From NCBI GenBank assembly GCA_902522415.1, contig CABYVI010000003.1:5092-69091 (forward strand): DNA of 64,000 bases, given 5' to 3'. The position numbers and the translations under genes were made by a program. A model generated the notes under the pieces. That model was not told the DNA's origin and did not search any database. It saw nothing but the letters and a program-made list of their open reading frames with translations. Shown here in pieces: positions 17,714 to 27,731 of the stretch. This DNA comes from an uncultured SAR116 cluster alpha proteobacterium. GTDB lineage: Bacteria; Pseudomonadota; Alphaproteobacteria; Puniceispirillales; GCA-002684695. Within the stretch, counting starts at the first letter, position 1. Each line of letters begins with the position of its first letter.

Positions 17714-20122
17714 ATGAGTATTTTAACAAATTTAGCGGCTTTAAAATCGCTGTATCACATAAATCAGAATGAAGGTGAATTCTCTACTTCAGTAGAAAGA
17801 GTGTCTTCTGGTAAAAGAGTAAATAACGCAGGCGATGATGCTGCAGGCGCATCAATCATCAATAGAATGACATCTCAGGTACAGGGTATGAGCGTTGCAA
17901 TAAGAAATGCTGGAGATGCTATTTCTATGGCTCAAGTAGCTGAAGGCGCACTCGATGAAACAACAGAAATTTTACACAGACTGAGAGAAATAGCTGTTCA
18001 GTCTGCTAATGGAACTTACAGCGGCGCGAATAGAGTTGCACTAAACGCCGAAGTTGTTGCATTAAAAACAGAGTTATTAAGAATCGCTGAATCTACAAAA
18101 TTTAATGATGTAAAATTATTAAATGGGCAATTTCAAGATACTACATTTGCTATTGGTTATGATGAAAGTCCCGGTCATACACACTCATTAAGTATTGAGT
18201 CTGTAAAGCCAGATGACCTTGGTATGTGGACAATTACAACCGAACAGGAAAATACTGCCACTCTTAAAACAAGTGGAATGGGAAATTATGGAGAAGCTGC
18301 AAATATAGACACTGCAGCTGATCATTTATTTGAAACAGGTGATATTATTACTTATGAACAGGGACCAGCTGCTACAAGTATTCCAGTTCCAGGTCTAGTA
18401 GACGGGAAAAGTTATAAAGTGACAGTTGTTGACTCTGATTCATTTACTCTTACACATCTTGATGGATCAAAGGTTAAATATGGCGCAATCTCAAATTTTG
18501 GCACACCATCAAATGCTAAATTTCATTTACAAAGTATCTCTAATGCACCAACAGTAGGCTTGTCCAAAGGTTCTTACGCAGCCACTGGGGGAACTGATCA
18601 ATCAGCACCAGCATCAGAGGTTTTAAAAACAGAAGATGTTATGGTCCACGGACATGTTGGTTCATCTGAAGTACAGTTAAGAACTGGAATGACAGCTCTT
18701 GAAATTGCTAATGCAGTATCAAATATGGATTCACTTACCGGTGTTCGTGCTTCAGCAGTAACAAATGCTCGAATAACAGTATCACCAAGCGATAATACTG
18801 ATGATAAGCATGTGATTGCATTTGATTTGCAGGGTATGAATACAACTACACCAGTAAAAATTTCAGCAACCATAGGATTTGGTACAGGTGACGAAGTTCA
18901 TTCAGCAGACCTCTCTGATCTAAGAGATAAAATTAATGGTTTCACAGGCACAACAGGAATTTATGCAAAACTTTCATCAGACAAAAGCTATATTGATATA
19001 AAATCACCAGATGGATATGATGTTGTAATTGACAATGTGGATATGCCAACTGACACCGGCACAACGTTAACCCAAGCACTTGTTAACGCGAGTGGAGCAA
19101 ATACGAGTGATACAATTACCTCAGCATTAGCTCATGGATTTCAAGTAGGTGACATGATTAAGCTAACGGATGTCCATGGTGAAACAGGACTTGTTGGAAT
19201 AGATATGGAAACAACCTATTTTGTCAAAACTGCTCCAACATCTACAACCTTTACTTTAGCAACAGGTTCGCCAGATGGAACAACTGTTGATATTACAACA
19301 ACCAACAACGGTCATTTAGAATTTACTAAATTAGAAAAAACACTTAACCTTCAGACACTTGACAGAGACCTTAATGTAAAAGGTGGCAAAGTAAAGTTAA
19401 TGGATAAAGACATTGAATTACAAGGCTCTGGAGTTGGTGCTGTTATGACATCAGTAGCGTCAAGTGCATCAAATGCAAATATTACCTGCAGCAATGACCA
19501 TAGGTTGCAAGTTGGAGATGTTGTAAAATATACTGTAGGAAGTGTAGTTATTGCTGGATTGACAGATGGTGAATTCTACAAAGTTAAGGCTACATCATCT
19601 GATACAGTTTTTACATTAGAGAATTTAGATGGAACCGATCCTACTTATGGTGGCTCTGGAACTGGTGGCACATTTACTAAAGTAGTATCAAATGAAAATT
19701 CATTGCGACTAACAGGTGAAGTTCAATTTGAATCTGCTTATACATTTACTGTTGTTCCAGCAGTTCAGGACTCTTTATTCAGAGCAGCACCACCTGCAGC
19801 AAACTTAAATAAAGTTTCAGATCTTGATGTTTTAACAGTTGAAAAGTCACATAAATTTCTTACAGCTCTTGATGGAGCTATTAAAAGAATTGACGCAGAA
19901 CGTGGTGACCTTGGTGCGACAATGAATAGAATGCAACATACAATTGATAATTTATCAAATGTAATTGTTGGGACTAAATCAGCACGTGGCAGAATTGAAG
20001 ATGCAGACATGGCTGCAGAAACTGCTAATCTAGCAAAAAATCAAATTCTCCAGCAAGCAGCAACCGCAATGCTTGGTCAAGCAAACCAATCAATGCAAAC
20101 AATTCTTACACTTCTAAGATAA
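17714..20122 (+). CDS. fliC: Large flagellin (802 aa) with three HGF-x-x-GD-type modules in the variable region
   Basis: RVSSGKRVNNAGDDAAGASII N-terminus, DLGATMNRMQHTIDNL...GQANQSMQTILTLLR C-terminus; flagellin-IN-like motifs; modules at about 18300-18532, 19108-19330 and 19465-19686. Confidence 0.9.
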   Translation: MSILTNLAALKSLYHINQNEGEFSTSVERVSSGKRVNNAGDDAAGASIINRMTSQVQGMSVAIRNAGDAISMAQVAEGALDETTEILHRLREIAVQSANGTYSGANRVALNAEVVALKTELLRIAESTKFNDVKLLNGQFQDTTFAIGYDESPGHTHSLSIESVKPDDLGMWTITTEQENTATLKTSGMGNYGEAANIDTAADHLFETGDIITYEQGPAATSIPVPGLVDGKSYKVTVVDSDSFTLTHLDGSKVKYGAISNFGTPSNAKFHLQSISNAPTVGLSKGSYAATGGTDQSAPASEVLKTEDVMVHGHVGSSEVQLRTGMTALEIANAVSNMDSLTGVRASAVTNARITVSPSDNTDDKHVIAFDLQGMNTTTPVKISATIGFGTGDEVHSADLSDLRDKINGFTGTTGIYAKLSSDKSYIDIKSPDGYDVVIDNVDMPTDTGTTLTQALVNASGANTSDTITSALAHGFQVGDMIKLTDVHGETGLVGIDMETTYFVKTAPTSTTFTLATGSPDGTTVDITTTNNGHLEFTKLEKTLNLQTLDRDLNVKGGKVKLMDKDIELQGSGVGAVMTSVASSASNANITCSNDHRLQVGDVVKYTVGSVVIAGLTDGEFYKVKATSSDTVFTLENLDGTDPTYGGSGTGGTFTKVVSNENSLRLTGEVQFESAYTFTVVPAVQDSLFRAAPPAANLNKVSDLDVLTVEKSHKFLTALDGAIKRIDAERGDLGATMNRMQHTIDNLSNVIVGTKSARGRIEDADMAAETANLAKNQILQQAATAMLGQANQSMQTILTLLR

Positions 20123-20184
20123 CAAGTAATTTTAATTTTAGTTCAGAGCCTTTTTGAGGTTTGAATAGTATAAAGGCTAAGTGA

Positions 20185-21624
20185 ATGGAAAATAATTTTG
20201 TTGTTAATAAATTAAAAAATGACAATAACTTAATTTCTTTTCACAATCAGGCCGATATATACAATAACAAAGGTCTTGACTTTTTTCAAAATAATGATTT
20301 TGGGAATGCACTAATCTGCTTTTTCCAAGCTTTGACCCATGATAAGAATTATGCTCATGCATATTCCAATATAGGTAATATTCTCATTCAAAAAGGTGAA
20401 TTTGAAGAAGCTATTAGTATGTATCAAAAAGCAATAAATATTGATAATCAGAATAGCTTATATCATTTCAATCTCGGAATAGCTTATTCAAATGTTAATA
20501 ATAATAAAGCATCTGCTAAAGAATATAAAAGAAGCTTAAAATTAGATCCAGGTAACTTAAAAGCTTATAAATTTCTCGGAAATTGTTACATCAAATTAAA
20601 AGATTTCAAAAAAGCTATCGATACCTACCGAAAATGGTCAGAATTAGATCCCCAAAACCCAGAACCAAATTTTATTCTCGGGCAAATACATGTGAGAAAT
20701 GGACGCTTTAATTTAGGATGGAAATTATACGAATACGGATTGAAGAATAATATAAGAAAACCTTTAAGTGGCTTTTATCACGAAAAAAAGGAAATATGGG
20801 ATGGAAAACCATTTAACGGGTCACTTCTCGTTTACGGTGAACAAGGTCTTGGAGATCAAATAAACTTTGGAACTTTACTTTTTGAACTCCTAAAAATTCA
20901 AAAGAACGTTTGTGTAAAAGTAAATAAAAAATTAGTTGATTTATTTACTTGTACTTTTCCAACAATGAGAGTTTTCAGCGAGGAAGAAGAAATTCCGCAA
21001 AATGTTTACGATAAATATATTGCTCTTGGAAGCCTAAATAAATTCTTAAAAAAACATACAAATGATTATCTTAATTCAAAATTTTATCCATTAAAAGTAC
21101 ATGGCAATAGATACCTCGAGATTAATAATTTTTTTTCTAAACTAAATGGTTTTAATATAGGAATATCCTGGCACTCTTTTTCTAGTAAAACAGGCAAAGA
21201 CAGATGCTTGAAAACACATGAATTAGCTAAAATTGTTAGTGTTCAAAATATTAATTTTTTCAATATCCAGTATGGAAATGTACATAATCAGGTCAAAGAA
21301 GTTAATTTTACTTCAGGTAAAGAGATTTTGAGAGTGCCTTTCGTTGATTTGACTAATGATATTTCATCAGTAGCTGACATTATTAATAATTGTGACTTAA
21401 TAATTTCTGTAGACAATACAACAGCACATTTAGCTGCTGCTTTAGGTAAACCTGTTTGGTTATTATTGCCTTTTAATGCTGACTTTAGATGGATGGAAGA
21501 TATTACAACATCTCTCTGGTATAAAAATGTCACTTTAATTAGACAACAAAAAGAGCATGATTGGTCTAATGAAATTGAAATAATTTACAACTCACTAAAT
21601 AGCTCAAATATAGACAAAAAATAA
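20185..21624 (+). CDS. TPR-repeat protein fused to a GT9-like (heptosyltransferase-fold) glycosyltransferase domain; FlmG-like architecture, candidate flagellin glycosyltransferase
   Basis: N-terminal TPRs. C-terminus has EQGLGDQINF, GISWHS, DLIISVDNTTAHLAAALGKPVWLLLP, FRWMED..SLWY. Location next to the flagellins. Confidence 0.7.
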   Translation: MENNFVVNKLKNDNNLISFHNQADIYNNKGLDFFQNNDFGNALICFFQALTHDKNYAHAYSNIGNILIQKGEFEEAISMYQKAINIDNQNSLYHFNLGIAYSNVNNNKASAKEYKRSLKLDPGNLKAYKFLGNCYIKLKDFKKAIDTYRKWSELDPQNPEPNFILGQIHVRNGRFNLGWKLYEYGLKNNIRKPLSGFYHEKKEIWDGKPFNGSLLVYGEQGLGDQINFGTLLFELLKIQKNVCVKVNKKLVDLFTCTFPTMRVFSEEEEIPQNVYDKYIALGSLNKFLKKHTNDYLNSKFYPLKVHGNRYLEINNFFSKLNGFNIGISWHSFSSKTGKDRCLKTHELAKIVSVQNINFFNIQYGNVHNQVKEVNFTSGKEILRVPFVDLTNDISSVADIINNCDLIISVDNTTAHLAAALGKPVWLLLPFNADFRWMEDITTSLWYKNVTLIRQQKEHDWSNEIEIIYNSLNSSNIDKK

Positions 21625-21640
21625 TTTTCAGAAGGTTTAA

Positions 21641-23833
21641 ATGCACGATATTATTCTATCTCTTGATCAATTAATGACCAGTTCCATTCAAGCAAATAAA
21701 TATGGAAATAAAACTCAAGCATTAAAATATTTTAAAAAATTTGAGGATAAAAAAAATGAAGCCATAGAATTGGCTAAACAGGCTGCTAAAGATGGTAATG
21801 TCAAATTAGTTGATGAAATACTTGGATGCTTAAACAAGTTAAAAAATTATTACAAAACTAATTTACCTGTTGAAACAAAAGAAGAAAATAAACATAGATT
21901 AGAAGAAATATTTGCAATCTATAATCAAGGAAATTTTGAAAAAACCATTTCAATTATTAAGAGCCAACTAGAAAAAAATAATCAAAATCCCAATTTATAT
22001 AACTTATTAGCTTTAAGTTTTTTTAATATCGGAAAGTTAGATCACTCAATTAAATCTTTCCATGAAGGATTAAATAGTTTTCCAAATAATTTTCATTTAA
22101 ATAATAATATTAGTGTTGTTTATAAAGAAATAAAAGATTTTGATAAAGCTTTACTCTATGGTTTAAGAGCTTTTAAGATTGATCCCAATTCTGATGAAGC
22201 ATCTACCAATTTAGGTAATATTTTCTTCGAAACTGAGAACTACGATAAATCTTTATTGTACTTTAAAAAGTCAATTTCACTTAACCCACATAATTCAACC
22301 ACAATTTACAACTTCGCAGTCTGCAACTTAAAATTAAATAATTACAAACTTGCTGATGAAGCTATTAATCTAGCTTTAAGACATCAACCAGATAATCATG
22401 AATTTTTGAATGTTAAAGGACAAATTTTAAGAGAAATGGGAAGACATGATGCATCTGAAGAGTTTTTTTACAAGGCTTTGGATTTAAATTCTAACTCAGT
22501 TTTGACCTTGAATAATTTAGGAATTTTATTACAAGACAAAGTCAAATATAAAGAATCATTAGTTATATTCAAAAAAGCATTAAGTATAGAACCTAATAAT
22601 ATTAATTTTCTATGTAATATTGCCAATTCTTATTTACACCTTGGAAGTAATAAAAAAGCAATTGAATACCTTGATAAATGTTTAATAGTTAACCCAAATT
22701 TTGATAAGGCTTTTTCATTAAAAGGGATAATTTATGCTCATTTAGGACAGAAAGAAAAGTCAGTAAAGAGTTTTAAAAATGCAATTAAAATTAATAACTT
22801 TAACGCCGATGCATATAGGCAATTATCAAGACTTCAAAATTTTAAGACAGGTGACCCTCTCATAAAACAAATGGAACAAGTTTATGATAATAAGTTTTTA
22901 ATACCAGAAGAGAGAGCAATAATGTCTTTTGCATTAGGAAAAGGTTATGAGGATCTTAAAGAATATTCAAAAAGTTTTAATTTTTATAAAAATGGTAATG
23001 ATTTTTATAAAAACAAATACAGACCTCAAATCATACCAGAAGAAGTTTTTTTTAAAAATTTAGCTAAAACAAGTATTAATATTGATACGAATAAAAAGTT
23101 ACTAAAATATAATTTAAAACCTATTTTTGTTTTAGGCTTACCAAGATCTGGAACATCTCTTATTGAACAGATACTATCATCTCATTCTAAAGTAGAAGGG
23201 ATGGGAGAATTAAATTCACTTAGTAAATTTATTGAAAGTAATCTAATTACATATAAAGAAGGGTTTTCTCCAATTATTAAAAAATTTAATAAGGAAGAAC
23301 AAATAAATTTATCCAATTTTTATATGGATTCAGTTAAAACTATTGATAGCAGCGCAAAATATTTTGTTGATAAAATGCCACATAATTTTAGATGGATAAG
23401 TTATATTTTAAATTCTTACTTTTCAGCAAAAGTAATTCTGGTTGAAAGAAATCCCATGGACAATTGTTTTTCCTTATTCAAAATGCTATTTTCTTCAAGA
23501 CAACAACATTCATATTCATTTGATCTTGAAGTACTAGGAAAATATTATTTGATATATAAGGACTTAGTTAACCATTGGAAAGAAATGTATAAAAATAATA
23601 TCTATACTTGCAAATATGAAAAACTTATTTCAGATCCAGAGACTGAAATAAAAAAATTATTAGATTTCTGTAACATTAAATGGGAAGATAAAATAATGAG
23701 ATTTTATGAGACAAAAAGGTCAGTTAATACTGCTAGTCATACTCAAGTAAGACAAAAATTGTATTCTAGCTCTATTGGTTCATGGAAAAACTATGAAAAT
23801 GAATTACAGCCTCTGAAGAAAATTATTAACTAA
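21641..23833 (+). CDS. TPR-repeat protein fused to a C-terminal sulfotransferase domain
   Basis: About 10 TPRs, then a PAPS-binding 5'-PSB-like motif GLPRSGTSLIEQILSSH and a sulfotransferase-type C-terminus (VERNPMDNCFS ... YEKLISDPETEIKKLLDFC). Confidence 0.7.
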   Translation: MHDIILSLDQLMTSSIQANKYGNKTQALKYFKKFEDKKNEAIELAKQAAKDGNVKLVDEILGCLNKLKNYYKTNLPVETKEENKHRLEEIFAIYNQGNFEKTISIIKSQLEKNNQNPNLYNLLALSFFNIGKLDHSIKSFHEGLNSFPNNFHLNNNISVVYKEIKDFDKALLYGLRAFKIDPNSDEASTNLGNIFFETENYDKSLLYFKKSISLNPHNSTTIYNFAVCNLKLNNYKLADEAINLALRHQPDNHEFLNVKGQILREMGRHDASEEFFYKALDLNSNSVLTLNNLGILLQDKVKYKESLVIFKKALSIEPNNINFLCNIANSYLHLGSNKKAIEYLDKCLIVNPNFDKAFSLKGIIYAHLGQKEKSVKSFKNAIKINNFNADAYRQLSRLQNFKTGDPLIKQMEQVYDNKFLIPEERAIMSFALGKGYEDLKEYSKSFNFYKNGNDFYKNKYRPQIIPEEVFFKNLAKTSINIDTNKKLLKYNLKPIFVLGLPRSGTSLIEQILSSHSKVEGMGELNSLSKFIESNLITYKEGFSPIIKKFNKEEQINLSNFYMDSVKTIDSSAKYFVDKMPHNFRWISYILNSYFSAKVILVERNPMDNCFSLFKMLFSSRQQHSYSFDLEVLGKYYLIYKDLVNHWKEMYKNNIYTCKYEKLISDPETEIKKLLDFCNIKWEDKIMRFYETKRSVNTASHTQVRQKLYSSSIGSWKNYENELQPLKKIIN

Positions 23834-23834
23834 A

Positions 23835-25391
23835 TCAAAAAAGTTTATTTTTACAAATTTCAATTAATTTCAAAATTTCCTTGTCCCATGACATTGTCTT
23901 TCTTAAAATATAGGTTTTTGGATACCAAAGACTATTAGTACTATTATCAAACCATCTCCAGTCACTTACTTCAGGGATTAGTGCCACAGTATCTTTTTTA
24001 AGTAAGCTTGATAAATGAAGTGTTGAATTATCTATTGAGATAACCATATCGCAAGCTAAAATTTTTTCAGCTAGTCCTTCAATATTATTTTTATTATCAG
24101 TGTTATCTTCAACAAAAAGACATTTTTTAATTTTTTTAGAAACGCGATCAATTTCCGTTTTAAAATCGCCATATTGAAGGTTAATAAAATTTGCATCTAA
24201 ATTTGTAAAGAGGGGGGCAAATTGTTTTAATTTAATATTTCTCTTTGGTCCAAGCTGTTTATTATTAGTATGCCAAGAAATGCCAATAGTGACTTTATTA
24301 TTATTAATTAATAATTTTAATTTATTTCTCTTACTTTTGTTCTCGGTAAAATTAAAATTAGTTGCTCTAGCAAAATCACTTTCTCTTTTTAGAAAATATT
24401 TACAAAGAGATCCAATAGGAAGATAAGATTCGTATTTTTTTTCTATTGCCTCATCAAATGTTGTTATAAATTCATGTTTTATGTCAGATATACGAAATAA
24501 ATTCTTTAGTCTTTCATCCAGTAAAAGTCCTAATCTATACTTTTTTGAATCTAAATTTTTCAAAAGCGATGAAAACATTAATTCATCACCTAAACCCTGC
24601 TCACCTACAATTAAAATTGAGTTAAAATTTAAATTTGGCTCCCATTTTGGAAGTATGCTAAGAGCTTTTTTTTCTACTCTAAGTTTCCTTTCCCCAAGTT
24701 CAATACCTATTTCGTATCTGTCCCAACCAGCATCAAAACATTTTTCTTTTAAATTTATTATTCCAAGGTTATATTTTGCTTTTTTAGAAGACAACCTGCT
24801 TAATATTTTCTTGGATTTTTCTAAAAATCCTAGTTGATACAAATTTGATGCTATATTTAATTCTACATCATGTCTCTTTTCATTTAAATTTGAAATTTTA
24901 GTGTATTCTGACAAAGATTTTTCAAAATCTCCTTTTAAAAAAAAGATTTTACCAAAAAGGTCAATAACTTTATAAGAATTAGGTTCGATTTTCTTAGCTT
25001 TCTTGGCATAAATCAATGAGTTTTCAAATTCTTCATTTTCATAGAATATCTTTGATATTTCTATTATTGTTTTTACACAAAGAGGTCTAATTTTATGCGA
25101 ATGGAGATAGTGTTTCATTGCAATTTTTGGTTTTTTTGCATCTCTAAATAAATTTGCTAAATTAAAATAATTATCAAATTCATTTGGAAATAAATCACAT
25201 AAAATTTGGAAGTATTTTATAGCTTGAGAAAATTTTTTCTGTTTAGCCAATGAAACAGCAAGCAAATTACATAACCACGGATCAGTAAACCCCTTACTTA
25301 AAAGATAAGTGGCATCTTGTTCAACGTTGTAATAATTACCAGAGTTATAAGTGTTTAAAATTTTATTTTTAAAGTTTTGGCTTACAAGCAT
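23835..25391 (-). CDS. Second TPR plus GT9-like glycosyltransferase fusion, immediately downstream of fliD
   Basis: TPRs; EQGLGDELMF, GISWHT, DMVISIDNSTLHLSSLL, DWRWFDNSTNSLWYP; paralogue of 20185-21624. Confidence 0.7.
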   Translation of the reverse strand: MLVSQNFKNKILNTYNSGNYYNVEQDATYLLSKGFTDPWLCNLLAVSLAKQKKFSQAIKYFQILCDLFPNEFDNYFNLANLFRDAKKPKIAMKHYLHSHKIRPLCVKTIIEISKIFYENEEFENSLIYAKKAKKIEPNSYKVIDLFGKIFFLKGDFEKSLSEYTKISNLNEKRHDVELNIASNLYQLGFLEKSKKILSRLSSKKAKYNLGIINLKEKCFDAGWDRYEIGIELGERKLRVEKKALSILPKWEPNLNFNSILIVGEQGLGDELMFSSLLKNLDSKKYRLGLLLDERLKNLFRISDIKHEFITTFDEAIEKKYESYLPIGSLCKYFLKRESDFARATNFNFTENKSKRNKLKLLINNNKVTIGISWHTNNKQLGPKRNIKLKQFAPLFTNLDANFINLQYGDFKTEIDRVSKKIKKCLFVEDNTDNKNNIEGLAEKILACDMVISIDNSTLHLSSLLKKDTVALIPEVSDWRWFDNSTNSLWYPKTYILRKTMSWDKEILKLIEICKNKLF

Positions 25392-25393
25392 TT

Positions 25394-27631
25394 TTAGTCA
25401 CTATTCTGAGCTTCCATGAAGTTATCTAGGTATTCACCAGTAGATTTAAAGCTATTTACAACAGATTCCATTGCTCCATACTGTTCTTTATATCTATCAC
25501 GCAATTTTTCAATATCTTTATCTAATTCAATCAAGTCTTCATTGTATTCATTTAATTCTTGGTTAAGTGTGTTTGTTCTTGTAGACAATGATCCTGAGTT
25601 TGAAAGTATAGAGTTGAGATATTTTGTAATAGTTGAAACATAACTATTACCTATTGAAATATATGCATCTGAACCTGGAGCAACAACTCCAAGACTAAGT
25701 CCAAAAGCATCACCAGATAAAGTTCTAAATCCCGTTGATGTTTGCTCAATTGAAGATCCTGCAAGTGTGGCACCAGTAACATCTCCAGTCCCTGAAACAA
25801 CTGTACCGCCCTCAATTCCAAGAAAATTATTCAATCCGCTGTCAATTGAATTTATAACAATGTTACTTTCTGAACCATATTTTTTAGAAGTAATCACATA
25901 CTTTCCATTTAAGTAAGACACTGTTACACCCTCACCTTTAACAGCCAGAATGTTATCTGCATTTATTGCAGTTTCAAGTGCATTTGCTAAAGATGAAGTT
26001 GTAGAAAATGGACCGCCAGTGACGTTTATTGTATTTGATGTTACTCCATTTAATGTTATTGAAAGACTTTGGCTGCCATTTGATGGTGTATAGTTTGAAG
26101 CTGTAATATCTGTAGATGGGGAGCTACCAGTGAGTGTTGCTTGAGTTCCAATATCAAAAAAGTAATATCCAGGTTTATAATTTGAGCCTGTTAAAAATGG
26201 TGATATAAAAGATGAAGTGCTATGCAGTCTATCTGAAAAAAGTGCTGTTAAAGCTTGAGGGTCTTCTTTAAATGCTAAGTCAAACATTCTTTCATTAAGT
26301 TTAAGCCCGCCAGTTTTAGTAGTTGAAACTCCTAAATTAGCCAAATAAATAGGTTTTTCCCCGTAACCAAAAATTGGTTCAGTAGTTAATTTTCCTAACC
26401 TATCAGAGATTGCACGAATTGATGAATCACCGGCAAGAGCTCCCTTTTTTCCACCGTTCAAACCTCTTTCAGTAAGTTCACTTAGTTGACTTGCAAGATT
26501 ATTAACTTCTTCTACTAAACTCTCTAAAGCTGAGAGCACTTTATCTTTTGAAGTGGAAACTGATACAATAGCAGGAGAGGAGGTAGTATTAACTAATGAT
26601 AGGGTTGCTCCATCTATAACATCAACAATTTCATTATTGCTTCTTGAAATTGAAACACCATCAACTGTAAATGAAGCATTTTGTGCGTTTGCTGTCTCTG
26701 TGTTTGTTCTTAAAAAAGTATCATTTGAACTTCCATTACCTCCACCATATGTAATTGTATTCCCATTGCTATCATTTAAAGTAAATGACGTGGTAGATGG
26801 AACAGATGCAATTTTATACGATGTGAGAGAAGAAAGTCCATTTAAAGCTGTACCACCAGCTAAGTACTGAACAGTATCACCAACTTTTAAGCCATGTGCA
26901 GATGTTGAATTTAATACCGCTCCTGATGAACTTGATATAGCCGAAGTATTTGATGTATATGTAGTATGTTCTATAGATTTCAAACCCGAGTTTGAACCCT
27001 CAGTTATATCTATTTTAAATGCATTTGATAAACCAGTATTAGATCTTAGAACTAAAGCATAATCTGAAGTATCTTTTTTTACAATAGATGCAGTTACTCC
27101 AAGATTACCAAGATTTATTTTATCCTTAATATCAGTTAACGAATAAGCCGAGTTAGAAATACTCACTGTTTTTTGAGAATAAGACGTATCAGCTGTAAAT
27201 ACCCCATTGGACCACGTACCCTTTTGAAAAACAATATCACCATCACCAACAAGAGCACTACTTGAAGCAAAACCATCAAAAACAAGGGTCTGTGACGATG
27301 CGAGTTTAGAAACATTTATTGAGCTTGTAATCTCTTTAACAGAAGCAGGATCTGTAACGGTTAATGCAACGGAAGTACTAGTACTGGAACCCTCAAAAAC
27401 ATTTGTTCCTTCCATAGCATCAATTATTTTTGTTGATTCTGATATAGATTTTTTCAATTCAGCGATTGCAGAAATAGAAATTTCATTTTTCTCTATTTTA
27501 TCATTAATTTTTTTCTCTTTTGGAGCTCTTTCTGCTGTAATGAGGTTTTTAATTAATTCAGTCGTATTTAATCCACTTCCGACGTTTAATGCACTAAAGA
27601 CATCAGTTTCTGACATTTTGTAATTATCCAA
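25394..27631 (-). CDS. fliD: Filament cap protein FliD (HAP2), enlarged (745 aa), with one HGF-x-x-GD-type module
   Basis: N-terminus GSGLNTTELIKNLITAERAPKEKKIN, C-terminus LIELDKDIEKLRDRYKEQYGAMESVV; module SAHGLKVGDTVQYLAGGTALNGL... at about 26709-26935. Confidence 0.9.
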   Translation of the reverse strand: MDNYKMSETDVFSALNVGSGLNTTELIKNLITAERAPKEKKINDKIEKNEISISAIAELKKSISESTKIIDAMEGTNVFEGSSTSTSVALTVTDPASVKEITSSINVSKLASSQTLVFDGFASSSALVGDGDIVFQKGTWSNGVFTADTSYSQKTVSISNSAYSLTDIKDKINLGNLGVTASIVKKDTSDYALVLRSNTGLSNAFKIDITEGSNSGLKSIEHTTYTSNTSAISSSSGAVLNSTSAHGLKVGDTVQYLAGGTALNGLSSLTSYKIASVPSTTSFTLNDSNGNTITYGGGNGSSNDTFLRTNTETANAQNASFTVDGVSISRSNNEIVDVIDGATLSLVNTTSSPAIVSVSTSKDKVLSALESLVEEVNNLASQLSELTERGLNGGKKGALAGDSSIRAISDRLGKLTTEPIFGYGEKPIYLANLGVSTTKTGGLKLNERMFDLAFKEDPQALTALFSDRLHSTSSFISPFLTGSNYKPGYYFFDIGTQATLTGSSPSTDITASNYTPSNGSQSLSITLNGVTSNTINVTGGPFSTTSSLANALETAINADNILAVKGEGVTVSYLNGKYVITSKKYGSESNIVINSIDSGLNNFLGIEGGTVVSGTGDVTGATLAGSSIEQTSTGFRTLSGDAFGLSLGVVAPGSDAYISIGNSYVSTITKYLNSILSNSGSLSTRTNTLNQELNEYNEDLIELDKDIEKLRDRYKEQYGAMESVVNSFKSTGEYLDNFMEAQNSD

Positions 27632-27653
27632 ATAAATTATTTACATAATAATT

Positions 27654-27669
27654 TGCAAAAAAAATGCCA
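27654..27669 (-). promoter_or_regulatory. Sigma-54 promoter of fliD (minus strand)
   Basis: The reverse complement reads TGGCAT-TTTTT-TTGCA, about 23 nt upstream of the fliD ATG. Confidence 0.65.
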
Positions 27670-27692
27670 AAAATATCATATTTTATATGCAC

Positions 27693-27708
27693 AGGCATAG
27701 ATATTGCA
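27693..27708 (+). promoter_or_regulatory. Sigma-54-like promoter, divergent from the fliD promoter
   Basis: AGGCAT-AGATA-TTGCA (GG-N10-GC kept), 24 nt before ATG 27732. Confidence 0.55.
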
Positions 27709-27731
27709 GAAAAATTTTAAGGAGTTAAAAT

